NCBI GenBank assembly: GCA_000934665.2
Contig: JYFJ02002951.1
Location: forward strand, 1-48,542
Reading direction: 5' to 3'
Length of the DNA stretch: 48,542 nt
From: Catajapyx aquilonaris
Lineage: Eukaryota
Shown: positions 1 through 11,002 of the stretch, in pieces
Position numbering within the stretch: the first letter of the stretch is position 1
How the letters are laid out: every line of letters begins with the position of its first letter
Translations under genes and position numbers: made by a program
Notes under the pieces: generated by a model
Databases searched by the model: none
Seen by the model: the letters and a program-made list of their open reading frames with translations, nothing else
What the model was told of the DNA's origin: nothing

Positions 1-271
1 GGCATTGTCGGATAATCCGAGGAGCAAAGGAAAACACAACAAGAAGCATAGAAAATCATCAAATAATGTACAATACAATATTATGCTTATCTAAGAAACA
101 GTGAAGTATTTATCTTTACATACACTCTCTGCTGTTTAAAATTTAACTAAGGTAATACAAAACAAATGATTAGTAGGCGGCATTACAGTCTTTGATGAGA
201 AAACTTACATTCATTGCTGGAGCGGGACAGTCGGATAAACCGAGGAGTCGGGTAAACGGAGTTCTACTGTA
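1..271. mobile_element. Right end of a pogo/Tigger-like non-autonomous DNA element
   Basis: Repeated CGGATAA(T/A)CCGAGG subterminal motif (9-22, 232-245) ending in GGAGTTCTACTG-TA. Confidence 0.5.
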
Positions 272-793
272 TTTTTGTCATCTCAGGCAACTCAGGCATG
301 AAGAGTAATTGATACTTTCAACTAATAAAAATAACACATTTTCTAGAAAGCAGTTAAATAATCAGAATTTTTGTAAGTGAGGCTTTTTCCTTGTTGGACA
401 ACCTTGCATATCACATTGGCATTAGAAACTTTTCAATTGAAGAAAGTTCATTTTCCATGTTCTTTGCTGATCCCAATTCTTACTGTGCTGCTGCCACTTG
501 GTGGCCACAGTATATGCAGTAGAGCAGAAAATGAGCAAATAACACAATTAGAATGGACTTCCATTTGCGCAAATTTTTTTGCCATATTACATGTTCCTTG
601 CTGTGATGTATTACCCTGTTATATTGTCCATAGAGTATGTGTTAACGAAATCAGGAATCAATATATGCAATTACATACACACCTCCCCATGACTCCCTCC
701 CCAGAAGCACCAGCACAAGAGGTGGCAGTGGTCAGCTCTGAACAAGTCGAAAATTGGCTGTAGCAGCAGACTGTCATTTCCACTCTTTATGTA

Positions 794-970
794 CAGTGAA
801 ACCTGTGTATTGTGGAATTGCATGGGACCCGAAAAATTTGCCCTAATGGACAGGTTTCTGCTAACTCCTTCAAAAAAATCCATTGCATGTCCCACGCACG
901 TTCCCAGAAATAATTCTGCAGTTGACCAGTTTTTGCAATACTCAGGGTCCTTTGTGAACAGGTTTCACTG
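794..970. mobile_element. pogo/Tigger-like MITE
   Basis: Terminal inverted repeats (TIRs) TA-CAGTGAAACCTGT ... ACAGGTTTCACTG-CA; a related right end occurs at ~33400-33449. Confidence 0.65.
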
Positions 971-1599
971 CAGTTCCTAAGGTCTTTGACATACTCAGAG
1001 GAAGTGAAAAGAAAAATAATAAAGTTATACAGTATCTCAATTGCAAGTACACTATCGGTATCTGCCACAGGTTGAGTGTGCTTCATGAATTATTATATTC
1101 CATGTGAAACTAAACAATACTGGTGCAAGAAACACTTGCGAGATCCTCTTTATTGCAGGTGCCTCTTAGGACGTTTTCAAACTATCATGTATCCACTTTT
1201 GAGTAAAACTAAAGTTTTTTTTTCTTTAATGGCAACTATTCTTTGAACACATTGACCTTACAAAAAATAAGTGTGGGAAAAGCAGGGACAATCTGGTGTT
1301 TGGAAGTCTTGTTGGAACATAACCAGCCACAGTAAAATAACCTCAAACAAAAAAAGGCACTTTTGATGGCCTCAACATCTGAATCACTTAAATAAACTTC
1401 TGGTTTCCAAATCACCAAAAAGGCACTCTTTTGTAAACATTCTCTAAGTCAGCTCTCTGGAATGGCTTGAAATGTTCGTACAGAAGCATCCTCTCTCATT
1501 CACACTTGCACCCACACAATAATTAAGAATATTTGCTATAAGAAGGATGGATGGGGGGGTGATGACTGGGGGGGAGGCCTTGGGATTGTTTGTGAACCT

Positions 1600-4500
1600 C
1601 TAGAATGCGCTGATCCACCCACTATGGACGCAGTAGTCAACGATCTTCTGCCAGTGACTTTTCTCAAGTCCCTCGGGTGCCACCGACCTTACACACAATC
1701 CCTTTCTCCTCTGAAGATGATCCTAGCAAGGTTTGTTTCATCAGATCCATGTCCAAATTTCAGTTCTTTTAGGCTACGGTACATGACTGATAATAATAAA
1801 TCCTGTACAAGTGTTACTAATGGTTACTAATACAGTTCAACCACTTGGTCAGGATATCAATCATGCACCCAAACCTTTAAAACTAAAACTTCAATCAAAA
1901 CACCAAATACCTTGATAAGAACTGTCTTGATGGTAACATAATGAGATGGGTTCAGATTCAAGGCAGCACAGAGCTGGAAAAAAAAAAGTAATCATCATCA
2001 TTGAACTAAATAAGTGACCACTCCTTTCTTTCCTACCTTCCTTTCTTGTGATGAAAGCAGTGCAGAAGTGCTCGCATATTCCTGCTCTAGTACCTCCAAC
2101 CCACTCACCACCTCCCACTTCACCCCTCCAATGCTATCTTCTCTTCCTGTGAGATGTGGGAGCATGTATCTTCTTTCGGGAGAAGGGATGCCGCCCACGG
2201 CGCTTTTTTCTCTACAAAACATGAAGATAAATGTTAGTTTCAATGATTAGTTCAATGCATGTGTAAAAAATAAATTGGTTTTCAACTCACTCGATTTTGA
2301 ATGCCGTTGACTGAGGGGACGGCTGTACTCCACTGCTGCCCTAGGTGAAAGTTACACTGATAAAAACTGATACATGCAGACAACTAGCCCTTGCCAATGC
2401 CTTGGTTTGATTGGCCATTCAGAATTGCTTGCTATAAAAATAAAGTGGTACAAAAAAAAGCAAAAATACACACCATACCAGATACCATGCATATTGACCA
2501 CATGACACGACATGACAGCAAGAGTGCAGCTACTAGACAAGAATTGCATGGGCAATTCCAAAAATTAATACATAACCCAAATATTTATAACAATTATTCC
2601 TCTTCCTCAACCAATAATTGACAAAGTAATAATAAGTAGCAATTTAGTGGCAAATTTTGTTAGCTACTAAACTCAGTTGCAACACCCAGTATACACAATT
2701 CAACCCAGACTTACAGATTTTTTCTCTCGGCGCCTCTCTCGAAGATATCTGGCCTTCTCGTAATCTATGCACTCCTCGTTACGGGTCAATCCCGCCCTCC
2801 TGTACCTGCAGAGTTCCCTAACACGAAACTTAAGGTCCTTTTCCTTCTGCAGGTTTTGAAGAAATTGCTCATGCTCCTGAGCAGTATGAAACTGGGTGAA
2901 CACTCGTAATCTCTCAGCTAGGTCTCTATCTTCCTTGCTGCCGCTGGATGATGCTGCTGCTGCAGCAACTACTGTAGCTGTTGGCTTTCGCTTTCCTGGA
3001 GGCTGCAGAGTTGGCATCGTAGACTGCGTCGGCTGCGACGCTGCAGACATTGCATTGGCAAGCACTGGCGGTCCAAAGACTTTCTCCTTCCTGGCACTGC
3101 CAAAAAACTGGCCCACCAACTGGAAGTCACGCACAACACGCTTTCGTCTAGCACGCTCACGTAGTGATCGCGTGTACATATCCACATGAGCCAACTTCAA
3201 TGCAACATCAACATCATCATCCTCCACACTGTTCACAAACAGCTGCGACACAAGTGTCTCAGCCTCATTGTCATATTCGCGCTCATAATCATCTCGGTGT
3301 GGCATGTAACCAAGCTGTGACGCTTCCTCTTGACTGATGTCTAGCGGTGGTAATCTTGCAGTCAAACTTGGTGATAAGGGACCCTGATCTGGACATGTAT
3401 GGTCTTTTGGACGTGATGTTGGGACCACACCAGACCAGGTGGCACGACCAATATTCCCATCAATGTATCGACCTACATACTCCTCCTTGGCTTGGTCAGG
3501 TGTCTTTGTCTCTATGTGCTTTGAAATGTCTTCCCAGTTCCCAAAGCCATACTGCTCAATGGCATCCAGCAAACGTACTTCCTCACGGGCAGTCCAGGTG
3601 TCACCTGAGCCAAATATGGGGAAGCCGCCAGTATCCTGTAAAGGGGATGCCTGTGAAGCCACACCCAAGTATTTGGGGGCCAACACAGGTGGGCGGGGTG
3701 GGGGGGCAGGTTTGTGGTGGGGGGTGCAAAAAAGGGGTGAAGGGGTACAGAGAAAAAAATAGACCGGTGGGTGGGGTTAGTGCGGTTGAAAAGCTGCTGG
3801 CGAGTCTTTCCCGATTTGAGGTCGGGTGTATGAGTTGTGAGTGATTGAGGGGTTACATGCAGCATACATAAAGCTCTTCCCCATTGACCACAACCACATG
3901 GGTGTAAATAAATGCTTGCACAAAGTAACTTGAAACATAATTATCTCTAATACTGATTGCTGCCATTAGTCTACATCTGTAAATTCATAACATAACTGCA
4001 AGAAAGTGTCAAGTCCATGAAGTTCCAGAAATGTAGTAATGATTAGAAACATCCTATGTTGACCTTCAGGATTTGAGAGAAACTTGTGCTTTTTGCCCTT
4101 TGGATGAATTGGAAGCATAAATTGTTGTTCGTCTCTAAGAGCTCTGCAGAAATGAAGCAACTGTATTACATCAAAATTTCTAGAACATTATGCACACAAC
4201 AGATAACGGCATACAATTGATTCATAAATGAGGAGGCAGCTGCCAAATGTGCTATCTTTGATTTTTGTCAATTTTGAGTTAACACCACCATTAAAATGTT
4301 CATGTAAAGCCGCACCTAATGAGCCAAAGAGCCAGATCGAAAGGATTTTTTTGGGAGCCATAACAAAAGTATGAAATCCGGAAATCCCATTTACAGCCAT
4401 ACAAATCGAATCTACAAAATTGGCATTTTCTTGGAATATGGTTCAGAGAAAATAGCCGCTTTTGGCGGCCACATCCTCAAATAGATCATCACAGCAAGTC

Positions 4501-7500
4501 CTTAAAATACCATGCCTCCATACCTATCAGGCTTCCCTTATCATCTCAGATTGGATATCTATGCAAATACTAGCTTGATTCTTAAATCATTTGTATGAAA
4601 TGAAATCACTACAAAATGCATTTACAGTTTTGTTGGTTAAAATAAGATTACATGCACAATGAGTAACCAAATGCTCCAAAATCATATAATAAAAGTTATA
4701 AGCCACGTTTTAACATGCCCCTCCCTTAGGCCTCCTCTGAATGAATTTCAAGGTCTTTCTGGAGCTTTTACAAATCTAGATGTATTAATAATGCCAGTTT
4801 TCAAGTGTACAAATATTTAAAAGCTTTTGATTTCAATCGTTAACTGAATTTTCTAATGAGCCACAATATTTGTAATTGAGTCATTGGCAAGATTCCAGCA
4901 CTTACAGCAGTTATTCACACCCATTCCTGTAGATCAAGCAGAATTTCGTCAGGCAAGGATGGCCTGAAATTCTGCATGACCAATGTGCATAATTATGCTA
5001 CACACATGATAAGCACGTGTAAGGCAGCAGGAGGCATTTCTGTTAGAGTAACTACAGAATGTTATGTGCAATGAAAGACTTTAAAAAAACAACCACATGC
5101 TACATACTGCTTTCCTGTCATTTCACACGACTCACCATAAACTGGTAGGCATGGTCACTTTTATGTGGCCCGATCTCAGCTCCACATGCAAAACACTGCA
5201 AGTACAAGTTAAGCATAAGAAACATACACATGGGGACAAAATCACAGGATTGTGCCTGATCCAAAGACATAGAAACCTCCAAAAAGAATCATTATTCTTT
5301 CAGATAATGGGAACAAAAACCTCCCACATAGCACAGCAACCTACCTGCAAACAAAGATTGAGATCTTCACATTCACCACACCTCACTCCCAGCTCCCGGA
5401 TGTCCTCTTGGCAGTTGGTGCACCGGTATGAGGCAAACAAATCTGCATTCAAAAAAATCACATAGTAGTAAATGCAGGGATTTACAAAATTTGCTACTGT
5501 ACTAAAATTTGCCCAACTCTCATTGAAAACTAGAATCACCCATGACAAGCCTGTATTACCTGATTTAGAATGTTTGAGTCCAAATAATTAATAAAACGAA
5601 TTCCATAACCGTCTGATGGAAATACACTTCTCAGTAAAATTCCATCTTTTACTCATCTTTATGCCACCAAATGGGCTCGATTTGACCAAAAAACTTTCAT
5701 CACTTTTCAATCAGTATGGATGACGGGTAATTTTTGACCACAACTCTACCTGACTTCACATATTCCCAGTTCCAGATTTCAGACTGCGAAAAAAAATTTA
5801 AGAGGAGAGCGTTTGAAAGCATGACACCAACAAGATACAGGCACAGGATACCATTCTAAATCAAAAAGTCCTATGAAACTTTTCTGTATAAATTACGTCC
5901 AAGGTCCCTGCAACAATTTTGGAGCAACTCAAACATAAATTATTACAACAAAATGACACAGGACTTTTTCATTCAAAAATTGTGCCTTCTGCCTGTGGCA
6001 TCACATATTCTAAGCATCATGTGTATATCTATGGAAGAACTGACTTTAGAACGCACATGTCATCTTAATCAATTTTAAGCTTACAAGGGTTAAAAGCCAC
6101 AAGGTAAAAAATGGACTCATCATGTGCATGTAGTACTACTTTCCCAAGTCCAAATCCAAATACGCAGTCAGTTTTAAAATAGAATGACACATACGCAAAA
6201 GCATGCTTTCAACGGACTGAAGCTTGTGCAACAGCTATTTGGTGGCAGCTACAGATAATTACGAACTGAGATTAACCAACCAGTTTGTACAAAAAATTTA
6301 TGTATTTTACCAGGAAAAACATTAGCGTGACACTTACTCTAGACATCTCGAATCTAGACTCTTAGGAGCGAACTAGGCCCATTTTCCTGTTGAAAACACA
6401 AGTTGGGAGCGGTCTTACTGGCTAGCGTACCAAATGGTATTTCAATGCCACAGTGAAGCTCTTAATTAACCCGACGCCTACAGACATCATAAATATGATC
6501 CTTCCCTTTTTTTGAATCTGGCGGCAAAGTGTTTACATGCAGAAGGCAAAGTTTGCAGGTCAAACTCCTTCTGCCATCTAGTGGATGGTGACTCGGCACC
6601 CACAAACTGGGATTCCTATATTTAGCTCGTGCCCTTGAAAGGTAAACAACCCCCCACGCTCCTGACAGTTAATGTAAAAATGAGGCGTAGTTACAGGGTG
6701 TCCCATAAGTCAGGACTCTTCGGAATTCGTCATGTACAGCGTTTTAGAATTACTAAGTAACCATAGTAACAATTTTATAGCGACTTAAAAAATTAATTTA
6801 AATTAAATTATATTTAAAGTTAATTGCATTTTTAAAATTCTGGAACACCCTGTAGATGAATTTTTCGGCATTTCACATTCAAAAGGACGACCATGAGTTA
6901 CATTGATAAATATTGGAGCATATTGTTTTTCATTAATATCACTCCTACTACAAATTTTGGACAAAAAAAAAGAGAAGAAAACTAGCCAAAAAACTCTGGC
7001 CTCAAAGGGTTAATATACCCATATGCAACAAATAACACTTGTTCATTGTTGCTTTCTGACTATAAAGGGCAAAATAGAGCCATATAATAGGACGAAACAC
7101 AAGTAGGGAATGCTATTTGAGAATAGTTCAGTGAATGCTGTTCTAGGCCATAGCAATCTTGTGGAGGGGGCCAATCGATATCAACAGAACTTTGGTACAA
7201 TAAAATATATAAATGATTCATGATCCATGCATACTATGACCCTGGCATGCAATCCTGCATGATATGCTTACCTTACTGCACCACTGCAGATTTCACTTGA
7301 AACCTGCAATGTTGCAACCTAGCCTTAACATTTCTGGATGGTCCAGGGAAGCAGCACCCATTAAAAATTCATCAAACCTGTTTTTCTCATTCATCACCTG
7401 ACCTAGCTACTCTAGGGCATGTTAGAGCAGCTTTCAAACGCTTACAAAAACAAGTGTCACCCCCTATCCCCGACTTGAATGACACTCATGTTTACCAATC

Positions 7501-7906
7501 TGCATAATTTGCTGAATTAGCATGTTTGATAAACCAGTTTCCAATACAAATCCATATTTATTTTTCCAAATGGTTTAGTGTTCAGGTGACCATCAGCATT
7601 TTGCGTGAATGTCCTTCCTCATAAAACATGTAAAAAGTGAAAAACTTCGCAACATGGCCCCAAAACCGCGCTTTTCAAACCACCTAAAATGTCACACCAT
7701 GATTTTTCCTAATAGTACAGGCAGATGTTCCACGCTAGTCAATCGTGGTTGGCACTGCAACTACTTGTCAACTGCAGGTGCCCCCAATCCCCTCCAAAGC
7801 CCACCCACGACAAGGCAGCCTCCCCCTCCCATCCTCTCTCCACCTGCCTACCATCCTTATCCTCAGTCTCCAAAACAAACCGCAGAACGTTCTTCTCACC
7901 CGCCAT
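1600..7906 (-). CDS. TADA2B: Transcriptional adapter 2-beta (SAGA subunit Ada2b), ~498 aa long isoform; exons 7900-7906, 5345-5442, 5136-5195, 2715-3635, 2291-2340, 2037-2211, 1911-1973, 1600-1722
   Basis: Spliced translation MADLFASYRCTNCQEDI...CGECEDLNLCLQCFACGAEIGPHKSDHAYQF (ZZ finger), WTAREEVRLLDAIEQYGFGNWEDI (SANT), DHTCPDQGPLSPSL, LGYMPHRDDYEREYDNEAETL, and a SWIRM C-terminus (LLSSQERKLCAALNLNPSHYVTIKTVLIKDHLQRRKG...SGWISAF*). All junctions are GT-AG and phase-compatible. Confidence 0.95.
6694..6852. mobile_element. Tc1/mariner-type MITE
   Basis: TA-CAGGGTGTCCCA ... TGGAACACCCTG-TA: inverted ends with TA duplication. Confidence 0.7.
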
Positions 7907-7939
7907 GTTCCCCCGACAGTCTCTTGTTTCCCTATCCAC

Positions 7940-8280
7940 AAAGATGGCCGCCCTGCAACCCTCTGACGTCAGCTTGACGTCACCCGTGGCCGTCGAGCCG
8001 TTGCGTAAAGAAAGTCCCGCCCCTGGTCTCCTCAGCGGGCCTCCGCTCTCCTGGTCGGCCCCACCATCCCGCCTCCGGGCCTGGGAGAGGATCAGTGGGG
8101 CCCCGTGCCCTTCCTGGGCCCCTTGGCTGGCCGATGATTATTGTGGGCTTGGGCCGCGGGAGATGTCCGCCGATCGAACGCTCAAGCCCAGGACGCCATA
8201 TTTGATTTGAGAAGGAAAAGTGGGAAAGGGGGAAGGGAAGGGGAGAGAGGAGAGAGAGGGATGGGAGCTGACGTCACGAC
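7940..8280. promoter_or_regulatory. GC/CpG-rich promoter region of TADA2B with three palindromic CRE/ATF sites, a YY1-like motif and a GC box
   Basis: TGACGTCA at 7964-7971, 7975-7982 and 8269-8276; AAGATGGCCGCC at 7941-7952; CCGCCCC near 8017; directly upstream of the first coding exon (ATGGCGG|gtgag at 7906). Confidence 0.6.
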
Positions 8281-9300
8281 CGGTGATGCCACTTTTCGTA
8301 TGGGTGAATCCGACCCTGAACGTGACAATGATTACAGTGCACGTGCTTTTGTTGTTTCAGGGCATTGCTCGATTTTGAAACATTTTGCTTCACAAAATGT
8401 TTCAAAATGCTGTGGGACGAAAATAGGATGCAATAACAGCACTTGACCTATAGTGAACCTAAAGAGAAATATCGACTGTTCGGTCCCCTAGTATAATAAT
8501 AAGCTGGTATAAGTAGAGAGCAAATATTACTCATTTATTCAGGAGTCTGCATTTTAAAGTATGTTCACCCATTATGTTGTTAGCTTAAGGGTGATTATCC
8601 AGGGTTCCAGGAGTTTATTAAACTTATGGAAATAATTCTCCCGAGGAATTTTCCTTTCAAAAACATCTCTCGTAACACTCGAATACATTATGACAGAGAG
8701 AATTCTGGCCAATGTTCCTATTTTTTTTAGAACAAACATTGTAGAATGTCGCCAGAAATAAGTCATCATCATCAATGATTTCGGACTGGCCATTTTGACC
8801 AAGATTTTGACTCCTGCTGGGTAATGCCATAATCCGTAACATACGCGTACATACAGTAACAGTACTTATCGCAAAAGCAAAATGACCGCGAACCTTCGTC
8901 CGTGGATCGTTTGACATAAATTATCAATGGCGGCGCAAATATTTGTTTCAAAAATTGACGCGCGAAAAGATATTGCTGATATGGCAACGTCCCATCAGCT
9001 GTCGAATGAAGTTCACCAATCACACACCAATGAAGCATAAAGTTCAATACATCGTAAACACGTTTACTTTAAGTATAAAGTTACATGCCAAATAGTACAG
9101 AAAATTCTTAGAATCTGACTTTTCATTTTATTTTTAATACCTGTTTGATCCGATTTGACCTAGCTGATGTGCACCTGGCAACCATGTCGTCCTCGGCCAT
9201 TTTTTCATAACGCGTGACGTCACATCTTGAGAATTGGTTGCTGGAAGAACGTGCTTGGAACGAGACCTGGAAGCCGCCTGATTCTCTCGAGTCGTCCAAG

Positions 9301-9867
9301 ATGAACCGCATCAAGGTATGGCCACGGAGGATTATGGCAGTACTGCACTTGAGTCGAACAAGTTGCGTTGTCGGGCGCCTTTAATCCTGGAAGCATGAAC
9401 ATGGTGTCTGTTCCATAACACATTTGCAGGGTATCCCAAAGTTTAGTTGCACTGTGGTATAGCAGGTCACAATGTAAATGACTCCTCTCACAGGCTGTTG
9501 GTCAGCTGGCACGTGTTGGGGTTCGCTCCATCACCACTGCTCCCGTTAGGAACCAGAAGCAGGTGCACGAAGGCTACAAGAAGCTGAAGACCAAGCAGGA
9601 GTTCTACCAGGTTAGTTTCATTATTACGAGCGTTGCAGTTAGAGATGACATGAGATGAAAACCACCTTTCTGACCATTTGCCAATTTTGTCCCTGCTCTG
9701 GACAACTCTCTTCAAAAAACTTGCAGCTCAACGATGGTCGCCCTTTGTACATGAAGCGTGGTAGGGACATGCTTATGGTTGGCGTGACTTGGATATCGAT
9801 CTTCGCTGGGACTGGCATGGCGTTTCAGTTTTTCTATGAGATGTCGATGCCCAAGCCCAAGGAATAA
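9301..9867 (+). CDS. COX7A: Cytochrome c oxidase subunit 7A-like, 90 aa; exons 9301-9315, 9494-9610, 9727-9867
   Basis: MNRIK|AVGQLARVGVRSITTAPVRNQKQVHEGYKKLKTKQEFYQ|LNDGRPLYMKRGRDMLMVGVTWISIFAGTGMAFQFFYEMSMPKPKE*: mitochondrial presequence, the Q..FQ...G.P..LK.G..D pattern of COX7A and a single TM helix; phase-0 GT-AG introns. Confidence 0.88.
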
Positions 9868-11002
9868 TGGACACTTGTGCTTGTTTCTGCAACACCTCCT
9901 TATTGACCTTGTGCCTTAATTTCTGTGTGACAAACCCAATGGAAAATTTTCATAACTGATTGAGTGTTTCCAATAACAAGCAGTTAAACGGAATTTGTGT
10001 TGTGTTTTAAATCTGCCGAGTTGCAGGAATTCGTGGCTGGAGAAACTTCAACTAGAGTGGACCCCCAAATTATTCACACCAATTTTTTAATTACTTATCT
10101 ATTTGCATGCCTTTTGGACTAATCCTCTTTCTTGTTTCTACTAACTCGCATTACCATTATGTGAAGGTCCACATATATGTGACTATGCGGCTAATCTTTT
10201 TTTGATTTAATGTTCTGAATGATTGGAAGTGAATTTCATTGAATTTTCCAAATGTGATTGATTGTCAATCAATGTGTGCCTGCAGTTTGGTCACATACAT
10301 GAATCTGCGCAATTGAGTCAGTGATGTGTCATGTTATTTTCTAATACATAGATGCCACTGCTTTTCAGGTTGATAATGGAGTTCCAATCCACTTGAAAGG
10401 TGGATTTATGGACAAGTTCCTCTTCCAAACAACAGCCCTGTTGAGTGCAATTGGACTCGTCCTCTGCATCCAGTTCTACATCCAAACAGCCTACCCAAAG
10501 AAGTAATGCCTTCTGTCTCCATTGCTGTGCCTTGAGAATGTATCGAGATTTGACATCCAAGACTTGTATGTAGTAACAATTCCAATAGATCAGGGTACAA
10601 TAAACACATTTATTCTCTAGATGGTTTTACAAAAAATTTTACAGCAGGTAACATCTGATTTGTTTCTCTGACTAGATTGAAAATCCTTTTTTTTGTGTCT
10701 AAGTTTTGTCAAAAGGCACGATTATCACATTATTTCCCCTGACATTTAAGTCCAAAAAAACACTTCAGTAGAGAAAAATGTTGAGAGAAAAAGAGCTGCA
10801 TGCAATTAAACACCCCTAAAAACAGTTGGCTTGAGCTTTTTTTTAAATATAGATAGAAGGATTGGCGTCACATTTTCCTAATCTGGATTAAAATATATTT
10901 ATATATGAATACCATTTTAAACTGACTGATATCCTAGCATGAATTAATGCTGGAAATTTCTGGAGAAGAGGCTGTCTTGCAGTTTGTGCTTTACTACTTT
11001 GT

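Noticed and set aside
1690..1802. TADA2B last exon starting at the acceptor near 1802
   Set aside because: That frame stops early. The acceptor at 1723 gives DHLQRRKG...SGWISAF, which matches the family C-terminus.
6080..7013. piggyBac element (GGGTTAA/TTAACCC ends at ~6087, 6467, 7007)
   Set aside because: Only minimal terminal motifs; no convincing matched TIR pair or transposase.
7609..8446. Several overlapping 100-160 aa Pro-rich ORFs
   Set aside because: Expected by-product of a GC-rich promoter; no recognisable domain.
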